64,000 bases of DNA from Paraspadella gotoi (lineage: Eukaryota; Animalia; Chaetognatha), in assembly GCA_051294375.1 (NCBI GenBank), contig CM119271.1:6635632-6699631 (forward strand), in the 5' to 3' direction. The notes below the pieces were generated by a model. The model was not told the DNA's origin, searched no databases, and saw nothing but the letters and a program-made list of their open reading frames with translations. A program made the translations under genes and the position numbers. Each line of letters begins with the position of its first letter. The stretch's first letter is position 1. Shown piece by piece: positions 49,452-61,344 of the stretch.

Positions 49452-50885
49452 TTATTTATTGACTTTGCGTCTTTGGTTAGTCAGCGAATTAACGTATCCG
49501 CGATGAAGGACGTCGACGAACCCCTCGTCGGTCTTGAGCAGAAAGAGAAGCGTCGACTTGAGTTGCTCCTTGGTCAAGGATTCGGGATCCATCTCGGCGC
49601 CGCTCGAAGAGGGTTCGTTCGGATCTTCGCTCGGACAAAAGAAAACGACGGGTCGAGCCTTCCCAGCCTTTCGCCCACTTTCGACTGTCTCAAACGCATC
49701 CGGCGTCAACAGCGAAACGCCGCCTCCGACGATTCCTCCAGCTTCGGGAGACGACGGCGGAGATCCCTCGTTAACGTTGACGATGAGTGAAACGTCTCCG
49801 CAGGAAAAATGAGAGGGAACGGCGGGAAGCGCTTGAGAAGGCGGCGGACTGTACGAAGGCACAGAATTACGAGAAGGAAGATTGGATGGGGATATCTCAT
49901 TCTTATTGTTGCCATAAGATGGCGAGATCGGCGTCAATGGTCCGGGGACGTTCTCCGGGGATAGTCCGTCCTCGGATATCATGGATAGAGAGTTGGGGTA
50001 ATTGAGATCATTCTTCAGCGATCCGCTCGATACCTGAGTAGACAAGAGCGGGCCGACGTTACGATCAAGCGATTGGATGCCGCGGATCTTCATCTTGCGG
50101 ACGAAAGACTGAAGTACGTCTTTGGTCTCGTCCGATTTTTCGACGGAATCGCAAGTTTCTTTGGGCTCGTCAATCTTAACGGGCAGCACGGAGACAGCGC
50201 GGACGTGAGAATCGAGCTTCGGTTCGTCCTGTTTTTGGTTCCTCGCGTTGGCGAAGAGCGACGAGACGCTGATACTGAGGCCCGTGGAGACTTCATATTG
50301 AGGATGTTCCTTGTCGTACTCTCGCTGCGCCTTCGACAACAGGGCCATGATATCGTTATTCTCCCCATGGCTAGATAGAGGATCTTTGAGGATTTCTTTC
50401 ATAACGCCGTGCTTGTCGCCTGAAGAGTCGACTTGGCAAGCCTCGAGCGGGGCGCCGCTCGATTCCTCAACGGGTTCTTTCTGAACCATTTTCGTGAGTC
50501 GGACGACGAGGTCGCCGATTCGGCGACATTCTTTTTTTTCGAAGAACCACAGACCGTAGATGTCATCTCGGTTTTTGTAGAGAAGGAAGGGATCCTGCTG
50601 CTGGAACTCCACGTGGCCGTTGATCGTTTCCCAGTGGTTCTTGGGCATTTTGCGATTGGAAATGGTAAAGCCATAGAGAGGCGCCGCCGATCTCTCATAA
50701 ACAAAGAGAGTACCTTCTATTTCTGACTTGGCCCAGGCGTCTTCCGGCTCGTTGAAGATATACAGAGCCACTTGGGACGCGGTGTCAAGGATTCGGCGGA
50801 TGTAAGGATCCCGTCGCTTGAGCGCCGTCAAGTTCATTCGTTCTTCTGGAGTTAAGTTTAGTTTGGCGTTGTTTATGATGTTCAT
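49452..50885 (-). CDS. DCP1: mRNA decapping enzyme subunit DCP1, intronless
   Basis: EVH1 domain MNLTALKRRDPYIRRILDTASQVALY..W.KSEIEGTLFVYER, FLLYKN, IYGLWF; C-terminal trimerisation helix LTKEQLKSTLLFLLKTDEGFVDVLHRGY; ATG at 50885. Confidence 0.95.
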   Translation of the reverse strand: MNIINNAKLNLTPEERMNLTALKRRDPYIRRILDTASQVALYIFNEPEDAWAKSEIEGTLFVYERSAAPLYGFTISNRKMPKNHWETINGHVEFQQQDPFLLYKNRDDIYGLWFFEKKECRRIGDLVVRLTKMVQKEPVEESSGAPLEACQVDSSGDKHGVMKEILKDPLSSHGENNDIMALLSKAQREYDKEHPQYEVSTGLSISVSSLFANARNQKQDEPKLDSHVRAVSVLPVKIDEPKETCDSVEKSDETKDVLQSFVRKMKIRGIQSLDRNVGPLLSTQVSSGSLKNDLNYPNSLSMISEDGLSPENVPGPLTPISPSYGNNKNEISPSNLPSRNSVPSYSPPPSQALPAVPSHFSCGDVSLIVNVNEGSPPSSPEAGGIVGGGVSLLTPDAFETVESGRKAGKARPVVFFCPSEDPNEPSSSGAEMDPESLTKEQLKSTLLFLLKTDEGFVDVLHRGYVNSLTNQRRKVNK

Positions 50886-51834
50886 CTTTTTTATGTAATG
50901 TATTATCACCGCTGAGGCATAAAACATCAAAATAATTACATATTGTATTGTCACGATTCAAATTTACTAACGGCATGGTAACTGGTAAGATATACGGTAA
51001 ACGAGTCTCGAAAAAAATCTAAAGAGTCTACATGGGCCTAAACACTAAGAATGGGCCAAATTTATGGCATCTGGTAGTTGGACTATCACGAACAGCGTCG
51101 ACCATTGCACTCGGTCATACGGGCATGCATTCGAAAATAGATTCAGGATACCAGTCTTACCTATAAATATGATCAATGTGATAAAAATCAAGCTCTGAGC
51201 TACATGTGGTTAAGGAATATCCGAGCATAACGTTGAAGCCACTCAATGGGCAAAACTCAACTAGAGCCGTAGAGTAATAAAGAAAACTATACGCGTGACT
51301 ATTTCGAACACAATAAAACCACTATTTATACAAATATCGACGAAGATTCCTCCAAATTATAATTATACTCAAACTATGGCTTTAGCCATTTTTAACGTTT
51401 TGCATGATTGACCAAAATAAGGTTTATTTACAAAAAGTATTAAAATAAAAAAAGCAGAACCCCCCCCCCCCCCCAAAAAAAAAAAACACCTGGCAGGAAA
51501 ATTAGCAAATTCTAAAAGCGTGAGCTATGACACCAAATTGAGTTGAAATAAACGAAGTCAAATAAAAAATTCAAAGCTTTCATGACGTGAGGTTTCGTAT
51601 CACAAGATAAATAAAACTATCTAAATATATTTTACACAGTTCAAACCTAAGATGAGCACACATATTTAAAATCATAACAGAGGCACCACTTTTTTTTTCA
51701 TTTAATTTAAATACCGTCATACCTTAGAAAAGCACACAAATAAGGGTTTGAATTGTACACATAATACGTTGCAGACCAGCTTAAACAACGTAAAAAGATA
51801 GTTTTTAAAACTTTCTCTGGGGAGCCAATATTAA

Positions 51835-54800
51835 TTAGTCTATAATATTAGTGCTGGAACTCTGGTGACATGGAGATGTTGAGTGTGCGTGCTTCTGGTT
51901 ATGACCAGGCTGTTCGTTTCCATTACCGCGTTGTTCATTAATTCCAATAGAAGATGTTGAATTACGTAAAGTGCTGTTTCCCCCTGTTGGGCTCGGTATC
52001 AAAGTTTCTTGCTGGGCTTGTTGACTAGAACCAACCACACCTCCAGTTGCGCCTCCTTCAACTTCGTTATCTGACCCTACAAAGTCAGTTGATTCAGGAG
52101 GACCCCGAGAAGATCCCTCAGAAATTGCACCTTCACCATCTTCTTCGGCACATAATTCAAAGGCACGCGCCAAAGTCATTCGTGCCGACTGAGACCTTTC
52201 TAAATAGTAACCATTTGATGTTTCATTTGATTGGACTGGGGGGTTCCAATTATTAGCATACTGAACATTTCCTGTGTATGGTCGGCGGTCGAGCTCATCA
52301 TTTAACCATTCGACTGCCCACGTCCATTTTCGTTTTAAATCGCCTTGAGAGTGCAACATATTAGAGGCAGGAGTGCAATTTGAAAACAAATTGACCATCA
52401 TCTTTATGCATTGATAAGCACGTTTCTGATAATGATTTTTCGACTTTTGTATTGTGTCAAATAGTCCATCGCGGTCGTCAGGAATTCCTTTTAAAGCATT
52501 ATGAATGCGGTGCTGCTGCCACGAATCATCAATCAGCAGCATCTGATAAAGTAGGTCCATATATGGGCGCAATTCGTAGGTGTAAGAGAAAGCAACCTGC
52601 CAAAGCAATTCACTCAAAACTGATGACGAAAAATGGGGATTTTCCCAGCAGCAAAAGCGTAGAAGCTTCACAGTTTCCTCACTAGCATTACAATCCTCAA
52701 TGACTTTCTTAACATAAGTGTTGCGTCTGAAGAGTATTTCATTAACTTGAGCTTGAATTGGCATTAATGGAGCAGACAGAGTTGGATCCCCATGGGGATT
52801 TTGTAAAGGTGTGGCATTAGGTTGTGAACTTTGCATGACTCCAGATACGTCGCAGCATCTCACTAGAAGAGAAACCACGCTGTACAACTTTCCTAATTCA
52901 GCATATTGATATTTTATCGGGGGTCCCGGACCTTCATCAAGAGCAACAAGCATGAACATAACAGGGACACCCAGTTTCAGGAGCTGCAACCTTTCAGTAA
53001 CTCCAAGGTTTGCATATATGTAAAAAAAGTGAAAATACTGAGACAAAGTCCTTCCATGTTCGGCGACTTCTTTTTTTAATAAAGCTAAGACTGCAGATAA
53101 AATGTAATCAGACAAAGTTGCATTTGGATGTTCCATACCAAGTAGTTCAGGAGCATCGTTTGGCGGTGAGCACGGTCCATCTTGAAGAGAATAATGAGCT
53201 AAAAACCATATAATCTTCACAAACGCCGACCGAACTTCGGAAGTAGGACATTCGAGCATGTACTCAGCAAATCGTTCTTGATGCGCAAAAAGTACGCTGT
53301 TGGCAAACCAAGATCTCACATTTCGTGAACACTGCAAATGAATTCGAATGGCATCGTACCATTCCGAGGCGCTTCCTCGAAGAGTTTTTTTCGTATGAAA
53401 CCCCACAGAAAACAAAAACTTTGAAGCTAACTGAATGCTTATCATTGCTAATTCTTCAGTTTCAAGTGAACTAAGATCAGTTGTTACGGGTTGTGCTGTA
53501 TTTTGCTGAATAAAAGGAGCATTGCAAGTGATCAACTTTTTCATAAATTGAAAAAACTCTAATGAGAACAAAGTCTTGTTGTGCATGAACTGAATATTTT
53601 TTCGTCTTACACACCTTTCTATAGGTGAAGGCATTTTTGGATGGTAGGGTGGTTGAATTACTGAAGTTGTCATTGATATATCAGATGGGCAATCATCCAA
53701 TTTCAAATTTTTAAATGCTTCAGCAAGAGCTAGAGATGCTGGAGTATCATTACTTCCTTCAGACAATTCATCTTCTCCTGGCAGTTGTTCATAGAACAAA
53801 ATGTAAGCATTCCACCACCTTTTTTGGCGACGACATGACATTCTTTTCAGCATATGATCAAAAACCTCACCCATATACTCTCCTCCAAACCATTGATTTT
53901 TCATCTCGTCTTCGTCATCAAATTTACATTCGGAGACTTCGCCATCATCAAATTTATACCATTTGAGTTCTCCATTTGAGACTTTTCCATCTAAACCTAA
54001 ACTACCCTCTGCTGGTCGATGGAGGATAAAAGAATAATAATGTCCCCCAGAAGCTTGGCCAGAATGGACAACGACGCCAACTAGACGATATTTAGTGGAC
54101 TGACTTCCACTATCAATGGAAAACGGCTCGCCATCATGTATCCATTCGCCCATAGAGGTAGCTGATAATCCTTTTTCCGTGTATGGTTCCATATCCAATT
54201 CCTTAGGAAATTCAAAATAATCATTGAATTTAATAGCCGTTTCGTGTTCCCAATCATAATCAAAGCGTTTCAGTTGAATGGCCAAATACGGAGGAAGTTT
54301 CTTTATGCACAAGCGTTTGACAGTATCCACTTTTTTGTCACACTTTTCACAATGGTAAGCATTGGCACCCTCCAGCAGATCCCCTTTTACATACTGCTCC
54401 AAAGAACTTAAAAGATCATGATGATTTCTTATGTCCACATTAAGTGTCGTAAAAGATTCTTCGCGAGAATATCTATGTGGACATCCTTTACAGATCTTTT
54501 GATCAGCAAATGAACCCCCCATAATTTTAGAAAGGATTGCAGGTTGCTTAACTAATTTTAATGCTTCGTCCAAAGAATCTACTAAGGAATTGAAAAATTC
54601 TAATGCATCATGTTGCTCTCTTAAGTTTACAGGCTCTCCCCATAGCTTAAAGTGACGCCAAAAGCCTTTAGGTACATAAAATTGAAGTTTTGAGGTGGCA
54701 AGATGACCAAAAATCATTTGAACGTGTTTTAACACACCAAGATTGTATTCTTTTCTTTCTTCAGTGGTATTTCTTTCTGAACGTATTTCTTCTTTATCTT

Positions 54801-57800
54801 CATTTTCTTCTTTATCATCTCTCTCATCACCACTGAGATCTTCATCAAAATCTTGCACCGCTCCCTCGACTTGTAATATTCCTGTTCGAATTTCATCTAT
54901 CATAAATAGCTGTTGTAAAACCGAATTCATATAACACGTTGCGCCAGCATTTTTAAGACCAACAAAACCATTATGAGGTCGAGGTCCGACAGGTGGTAAA
55001 TACTCCCATTCATTCAGAACTGCTTGAGATCCATTAAAATACATATCAGTCAAAAGTTCAGCTAACATCCTCAAATTAGCCACACATCCGGTACATAATG
55101 AAACGAGCAATTCAAAAGCAGCAGTAATAGTTAAAGGAGTAGAACAAACTGGAATTGCATGATCGTCGGGAAGCTCGCCATCACTTTTTCTGCATTGTAA
55201 AACTATTTTCGAAGCGGGAAATATAAAATCTTCAACCAGTTGCTTAATCAGTTGATGCCCTTCAGGATCAGACCCGATCTTATACTTTAATTCTGATGTT
55301 TGAAAAGAAAGTAACTCTTTAGTTACGCCCAAATGGCCTTCTAAGAGGGCTTCTTCTACACCAGTAACTCCAGTTTGAATTACAGTATTTCTGACTTTTC
55401 CTAACCATTCGACCTCCTTGTTCAACTGATTAATATTAGTTGGTACAGACACTTTTGATTGACATGCATAACTTAGAAGTTTACAAAGAATTTGAAAATA
55501 TTCATGGCTTTGTTTTGCGTTTTCTTTTACCGTAGTGTCAAGTACCGTAAAGAGCAAAGTAATGAAAAATAAGAGTGGCCTTTTCTCTGCACCACTTTTA
55601 GTGGCAATTAAATAAAGTTGTTCAGATGCAGATGCTCTGACTGTTCTAGAATTGCATAGCAAAATCATATCAACAATGAAACACTGCCAAGATTTATCAC
55701 CTTTACTAGTTAATTGATCTAAAATATCTGGACAAAGAGCGAGGCATATTGTTAGAACTTCCAAGGATTCCTTGGCAAGGTTGTTGTTAATTGGCTCGTG
55801 TTGGCCAGAAGTAGTTGATCCCCAACTGGTAGTCATTCCATCACTCGGTAGATTTTCATAGGTCTTATGAATATCATCGTTTGATGCCTGCAGCAAATGA
55901 AGTGAACCCGAAGCAGATGCCCAGGCTAGTTTTACAATGGCTTTCACAGCATTTAAATCAGGCAAAACATCTGTCACGGAATCTGACAAAGATTGACCAA
56001 GGCGACTAACAACAGATCTCAACATCATTTCACTTGAAGGAGAGGGCATTTGATGAAGTGCTTGCTGCAAAACAACTGCCCTGCCATGCTGGGCTGGAGA
56101 AATATTGATAGACGCGGAAACGTTACCCCCTCCAGAGTGATGTTGTGCACTGTCAACTGCAGTAACTGCTTCAGCCACAACTTGAACCATAGCATGGCCC
56201 ACAGCAGAAAGCAGTATTTTAGCTATTTTTAAGATGATGAGATAAGCTTGTCGTCTTATAGAGAGATCAGCAGAAACCAAATAATTATTTCTTGTTATCA
56301 TAGTCAAAATTGCTGAAACACCACCACTTCTCATGAAAGCTCGTTGAAACTCAAATGCTTCTTCAGAGAGAGGATTTAATGCAGGCATTAGAAGAAGGTA
56401 AGTGACTTCAAGATGATACAATGCTTGTGACGGAGAGGAACAAAAAAATAAAGCTTCCATTTGGGTGGAGGATCCAGGATCAACAGGAAGGTAAGGCTCA
56501 GAGCACACAGATTTTAAATTTTCAACAGTTTTCATATCAGCCGGCATCAACTTTAACAATGCCATCGCCCCTTCTCGTACTTTCGGTATTTGAAGTTGAG
56601 AACCTAAGTCAGCAAGCTGGAATAAGAAGGTAGCATATCTGGAATTCGCCGCCATTATTACCCCAGGCAAACATTTTTCAGCTTCAGCATTAGGACCGTC
56701 ATAGGTGTTTCTAGGACTTCCAGCAGTTGAACTATCAGAACTGCTGTCAGGAGATGAAGGCATGTTGGAACCAGCCTGAGACAATTTAGCCGTTATGAGA
56801 GCTTTATTACTATTAGGTCCATGTGAGAAAACATCAGTTAACACCTGCGAAATCAATTTTTTATCATCATTCATATCGATTGCATCACCATTAATAAACA
56901 AGTCAACTTTTACATGAGTAGCATTAGCTTTTAATCGCGTTAGTATTTGGCGACGAATAGATCCAACAGTTTCATTTGCATGAGACCAAAGTTCAATATC
57001 ATCAAATTGACGTCCTTGATTTGGGAATCGAACAATTAAAGTAAAATGTTTTCCTCTACAGGCCCTGCCAAGTGGTAAAATAGCTCGCTCTTCATGATAA
57101 TCATCATCACATTCTGATATATACTCATGAAGGACCGTCAAAACTCTAACAATAGAAACGGTTTCTTGATTAATATAGTCTATTTCCTTATCTTTTGACA
57201 ATATTGTAACGGTGTCATAACAAGCTTTTAGCCTATCCATACAAGAAGCCACAAAATCTTCATGAATATCCACTTGATTTGGCTGTAATCTTGGACCCAA
57301 GTTTGTGTATATCTCTTTTAAAAGACTGATAGCTTTTTCAGCTACTTCTTCTTGACTGGCAATGACAACGCGCCAAATATAGTTGAGACCAATCAATTCT
57401 AAATCATCCATCATATGAGCTCTACGTTTCTGTATCAGCTTTTGTTCTTTGGCATTGACAGCTTTGAAAAAACGTTCAAAGCATTTTATCCCACTTTCTG
57501 TGAGGTAAACAGGGTCAAGCTGTAAAATGTTATTTTCAAAAAAATCTCGATTAATGTCAGGATCAAGATCTGGCTCATCTCCCATTAGCTTAGAAAACCA
57601 CTTAAAACACGCTTCTCTATCTGTATTATAAACAGCGTTTTCTGCAAGACAAGTCCATATTTGCCTTGCTTGTGGAGCACATAACCACAACTGACCATCT
57701 TTAAGAAGAAACCTCAAAAAATTAAGGCGTTCTTGAACTTGTTGAATGTGGTTATATCTCCCATCAGGTAAAACATCTTCAGGCAAAGCTTGTGGATTAT

Positions 57801-60066
57801 CCATGTGATAATGTCTTGCCCTATTCATGTAAGTTGTTAAATTTTCGGCAACGAGAGTGACTAGGGAATGCGTATTTTGTAGTTGAGATATAACTTCGTG
57901 TCTGTAAGATACATGAGGACTTCTTTGTACCGACTGCCCATAATTTTGAGGAGCTTCTGTAAATAAAGAGCAGATCTCTTTGATTTGCTTTAAAGCAGGT
58001 ATAACCCATTTATCATTCCGCAACTCATCCACAAACTTATTAATCCAAGTCATTTTCTGTGTGTCTCGATCTTGAGAGCAACTGTAATCAAGTATCTTTA
58101 CATGTGCAAGAAGAGCTTGATCCATTAAATCCGTAGGGGCATCGTCACTATGAGCAAGACTCCATAAAAGACCCAAAACTTTATGCGCCATTATTCCATC
58201 TTTGTCATCTTCTGCTAATCTTCTAATCAATTCAAGAAGAGCCTCTCTTTGCTTAGTTCCTTCAACCGCCCAACTACTCTGAAACAACTCAAAAAGATGA
58301 TCAAGTTGTTCAGAAGCAAAGTCCCAGGCAAGCTTAGCAAGAAGATCGTGAACATTTTTTACAATTGCTTCGTGTTTCCCATTCTGTGCAGCCCACAAAG
58401 CATCGAGGTCTTCAATTGTCAAGGCTTTTTCTTTTATTACAAAGCGCAAAATTTTTTCCAGTTTTTCAACGTACTGCGGTTGATGTAATGAATCACGAAG
58501 AACTATCGAAAGAACTTTATTTTCTTGAAGCCATTCAGCCATTCGATCAGCAGTCAACCATTCGTCATCCTCCACAGCAGAATGACGATGAGTGTAGTAA
58601 GAAACTCCAGTGATTACTTTGTTGATTTCGTTCAATGCATTCATTTTTCCATTGAAAGAGGAAATTTGAAGAAGTCGTAAAATCATCTTTAATCGAAACA
58701 TCTCTAAACTCTTGGCTTTTTCTTCCTGATTGGGAAGACGGGTAACTAGATTTTTTAGATATTTGACAATCGATGAGACAGAATCGTTCTTGGATTCATT
58801 CTTGGCTTCCTTTTTCAATTCTTCGTCCGTTAAATTATCAAGAAAAGAAGGCACTAACTCCACTATCGGCATGAAGTAGCGCCTGACCGTGTTGGGCGTC
58901 AAAAGTTCGAAGCATAGACCGAAGGGTCGAATCAAAGCAGAGATGACAGGAACAGATAACCTGGTTCCACTTGTAAATCTATCCAAAAGAATCTGAAAAC
59001 CTCCCATGGTCCCGAACTGGTTAATTAGATCGACGAGCCATCCACGGGGACTCCGCAAATCCAAAGGACGGGCGAATAATTCGTCGTCATTGAGATTGTG
59101 CTTGGGAGGAACCGTCTCGCTGGTTCTGCTACCGTTATATTGATGGAATTTGCTTTGAGGGTTAAGAACAATAGCGAGAAGCTCAAGAAGCGGGAACCAG
59201 TCGTCATGAAGCTTTGCCACACACAATTCAATGAGCTTTTCTGCATTTCGCTGAATGCATCGGTGTATTTCAAATTTCCACCCGTGAACGGCGTCGTCCG
59301 TGAGAATCTTAGTAAAAGAAATCGTTAAACCTTCCCTGAAAAATCGTTGACAAGGCTCACTCCTAGAATCTACTCCGGCTTTACAAAGTTCAATGGCGGC
59401 GTTCAGCAAAATTTCAAGTTCACCCTTGGGTAAAACCGGTACGATCCACCGAGGTCTGTTGATCATGTCGTCCAGCTTCGCCAACTCTTGTACCGGAAAC
59501 GGGGGATCTTTCATGCTCTGAAGCTCTTCAATTCGGCGAGCGGCTTCAGCAAGCGCGTCTTCTTGAACAACCTCCGTCGACGCGTTTGCGTTGGAGTTGC
59601 TGGTCTGGAGTGCAGGGGCTGGTGCCGGCAGCGACGAAGGCACCGAGACTCCACCGGGAGACAACGAATGTTGCTGTGGCTGCTTGGTGATCGGTGGCGT
59701 CGGTGTGGTGCCACGAGTGCTGCAGCCGGGCGTCGAAGCTGTGGGTGTCGTCGATGCTGAGGACTGGGAACTCGACGGGTTAGAGGTTCCCAGGACGATG
59801 GTTTCCCCGGAGGAAACGCCCGCCGATCGTCCCAAGGACGCATCGCCCGCATTGGAGGACGACGATGCAGACTTGTTTAGCGCGGACCGGGAATCGCGCT
59901 GTTCGTTCGGCGAAATGTTAAGACGCTCTTGCGATGAGCTGGGAGTTGGAGCAGCCCCGGAAGTGGCCTCCTCCGTCAGCGGATGAGTCGAGGCTGAGGA
60001 CCCCCTTCCGCTCGGCGCGCCATCAGAGGCATCCGTTGGCAAAATCTTTTCGTCCTCGTCATCCAT
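51835..60066 (-). CDS. USP9X: Ubiquitin C-terminal hydrolase USP9X/fat facets, single 8.2-kb exon (2743 aa)
   Basis: [24 protein letters not shown], Cys box [16 protein letters not shown], His box [26 protein letters not shown]. Confidence 0.98.
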   Translation of the reverse strand: MDDEDEKILPTDASDGAPSGRGSSASTHPLTEEATSGAAPTPSSSQERLNISPNEQRDSRSALNKSASSSSNAGDASLGRSAGVSSGETIVLGTSNPSSSQSSASTTPTASTPGCSTRGTTPTPPITKQPQQHSLSPGGVSVPSSLPAPAPALQTSNSNANASTEVVQEDALAEAARRIEELQSMKDPPFPVQELAKLDDMINRPRWIVPVLPKGELEILLNAAIELCKAGVDSRSEPCQRFFREGLTISFTKILTDDAVHGWKFEIHRCIQRNAEKLIELCVAKLHDDWFPLLELLAIVLNPQSKFHQYNGSRTSETVPPKHNLNDDELFARPLDLRSPRGWLVDLINQFGTMGGFQILLDRFTSGTRLSVPVISALIRPFGLCFELLTPNTVRRYFMPIVELVPSFLDNLTDEELKKEAKNESKNDSVSSIVKYLKNLVTRLPNQEEKAKSLEMFRLKMILRLLQISSFNGKMNALNEINKVITGVSYYTHRHSAVEDDEWLTADRMAEWLQENKVLSIVLRDSLHQPQYVEKLEKILRFVIKEKALTIEDLDALWAAQNGKHEAIVKNVHDLLAKLAWDFASEQLDHLFELFQSSWAVEGTKQREALLELIRRLAEDDKDGIMAHKVLGLLWSLAHSDDAPTDLMDQALLAHVKILDYSCSQDRDTQKMTWINKFVDELRNDKWVIPALKQIKEICSLFTEAPQNYGQSVQRSPHVSYRHEVISQLQNTHSLVTLVAENLTTYMNRARHYHMDNPQALPEDVLPDGRYNHIQQVQERLNFLRFLLKDGQLWLCAPQARQIWTCLAENAVYNTDREACFKWFSKLMGDEPDLDPDINRDFFENNILQLDPVYLTESGIKCFERFFKAVNAKEQKLIQKRRAHMMDDLELIGLNYIWRVVIASQEEVAEKAISLLKEIYTNLGPRLQPNQVDIHEDFVASCMDRLKACYDTVTILSKDKEIDYINQETVSIVRVLTVLHEYISECDDDYHEERAILPLGRACRGKHFTLIVRFPNQGRQFDDIELWSHANETVGSIRRQILTRLKANATHVKVDLFINGDAIDMNDDKKLISQVLTDVFSHGPNSNKALITAKLSQAGSNMPSSPDSSSDSSTAGSPRNTYDGPNAEAEKCLPGVIMAANSRYATFLFQLADLGSQLQIPKVREGAMALLKLMPADMKTVENLKSVCSEPYLPVDPGSSTQMEALFFCSSPSQALYHLEVTYLLLMPALNPLSEEAFEFQRAFMRSGGVSAILTMITRNNYLVSADLSIRRQAYLIILKIAKILLSAVGHAMVQVVAEAVTAVDSAQHHSGGGNVSASINISPAQHGRAVVLQQALHQMPSPSSEMMLRSVVSRLGQSLSDSVTDVLPDLNAVKAIVKLAWASASGSLHLLQASNDDIHKTYENLPSDGMTTSWGSTTSGQHEPINNNLAKESLEVLTICLALCPDILDQLTSKGDKSWQCFIVDMILLCNSRTVRASASEQLYLIATKSGAEKRPLLFFITLLFTVLDTTVKENAKQSHEYFQILCKLLSYACQSKVSVPTNINQLNKEVEWLGKVRNTVIQTGVTGVEEALLEGHLGVTKELLSFQTSELKYKIGSDPEGHQLIKQLVEDFIFPASKIVLQCRKSDGELPDDHAIPVCSTPLTITAAFELLVSLCTGCVANLRMLAELLTDMYFNGSQAVLNEWEYLPPVGPRPHNGFVGLKNAGATCYMNSVLQQLFMIDEIRTGILQVEGAVQDFDEDLSGDERDDKEENEDKEEIRSERNTTEERKEYNLGVLKHVQMIFGHLATSKLQFYVPKGFWRHFKLWGEPVNLREQHDALEFFNSLVDSLDEALKLVKQPAILSKIMGGSFADQKICKGCPHRYSREESFTTLNVDIRNHHDLLSSLEQYVKGDLLEGANAYHCEKCDKKVDTVKRLCIKKLPPYLAIQLKRFDYDWEHETAIKFNDYFEFPKELDMEPYTEKGLSATSMGEWIHDGEPFSIDSGSQSTKYRLVGVVVHSGQASGGHYYSFILHRPAEGSLGLDGKVSNGELKWYKFDDGEVSECKFDDEDEMKNQWFGGEYMGEVFDHMLKRMSCRRQKRWWNAYILFYEQLPGEDELSEGSNDTPASLALAEAFKNLKLDDCPSDISMTTSVIQPPYHPKMPSPIERCVRRKNIQFMHNKTLFSLEFFQFMKKLITCNAPFIQQNTAQPVTTDLSSLETEELAMISIQLASKFLFSVGFHTKKTLRGSASEWYDAIRIHLQCSRNVRSWFANSVLFAHQERFAEYMLECPTSEVRSAFVKIIWFLAHYSLQDGPCSPPNDAPELLGMEHPNATLSDYILSAVLALLKKEVAEHGRTLSQYFHFFYIYANLGVTERLQLLKLGVPVMFMLVALDEGPGPPIKYQYAELGKLYSVVSLLVRCCDVSGVMQSSQPNATPLQNPHGDPTLSAPLMPIQAQVNEILFRRNTYVKKVIEDCNASEETVKLLRFCCWENPHFSSSVLSELLWQVAFSYTYELRPYMDLLYQMLLIDDSWQQHRIHNALKGIPDDRDGLFDTIQKSKNHYQKRAYQCIKMMVNLFSNCTPASNMLHSQGDLKRKWTWAVEWLNDELDRRPYTGNVQYANNWNPPVQSNETSNGYYLERSQSARMTLARAFELCAEEDGEGAISEGSSRGPPESTDFVGSDNEVEGGATGGVVGSSQQAQQETLIPSPTGGNSTLRNSTSSIGINEQRGNGNEQPGHNQKHAHSTSPCHQSSSTNIID

Positions 60067-61344
60067 TATCGTCAGCGTTAGAGTTTTGACTGTCTCTTCC
60101 GCCGTTTCGTGAGATGATTTTTCGGCTATGTTTCTTTATTTAATCGATTTTTTGCGTTGCATTGTTAGAAATGTGAATATAATTGGTTTATTTTCCAATC
60201 GTTACTAATGAAGGAATAAATCAAAGGTTTTAAAAAACTAATTTAGATAAAGGTAAAACATGGGCGGTTCAGGTAAAAAAAAAGCCATGAGTCTTTCCAA
60301 CAATCTTTTATTGAAAACGTTTTAACTTATGTAGAGTCTGAGCAATAGAAAACAGTATTTAAGGTTTTTAAAAATAAAAAAAAATAAAATGGAATAAAAC
60401 TATATATATTTAATAAAAGGATACAATGGATTCTTGGAGGGAGCAACGAGTAGTTGACAACTGAGTATGTAAAGGTAATATTTACTTTTTGGCAAAAAAC
60501 CGATATGATTTGAGAGCTGCAATGTAACATTCTTCTCTTTCATTAATTAACAATTAATTGTAAAAAGAATCCAGTGCGTAACAAAATCAAGTTCATAAAT
60601 GTATATAAACCATGATAAAAGTATTAAAATCATGTCCAATTAGAAAATAAAATGGACAGTTTGGCCGAAAAAAAGAAGAAAATAACTGCCGCGGTTGTGT
60701 CTAAAAAAAAGCCATACATTGTGCTCGAATATATTGTACAGCAAAACAGTACATCATCTAATTTTGTTGTAATTAACAATAAGAATTACGGAAGCACATT
60801 ACTTGCGGACAAGCAAGCGTATAACTTGAAAGTTAACAGCAAGTTATTTAGTACATGATTATTCCAACAAACAATCAAATTTAAAACATTGTCTCGGTAG
60901 ATGGATTGAGTTTTAAAATATCCAAGTTATAAAGATGTAAAAATAAATCGGTGAAAAAGGTTTTGATAAATAAAAAACCCAAAAGAATACAATAACACAA
61001 TATCGGCCATAAAAAAACTAAGGGAGATAAAGAGGGATCAACGACACTAAACTAGACGGAACAATTTCCCTCATTCACTGGCGATAAAAAAAAGACCGCG
61101 CCTATCAAGCTAAGTCCCGCTAACCTTTAATTCTCGCAGTGGACCGCACAAGACAAAAAGAAGAGAAACAAAAAAGAACTACGTGCTAATTAAAACCCGA
61201 TAAAGACAAATTTTACTTATTGCATGCAGACGTGGAGAGCGCCCAAAAAGTGTATTAGATAGTTTATCTCAGTGATATTTTTACGCACATTATGCAATGT
61301 TTAGAAAACAAATGTCACTCAAAACGACGGGTTTTGAAATAAAA

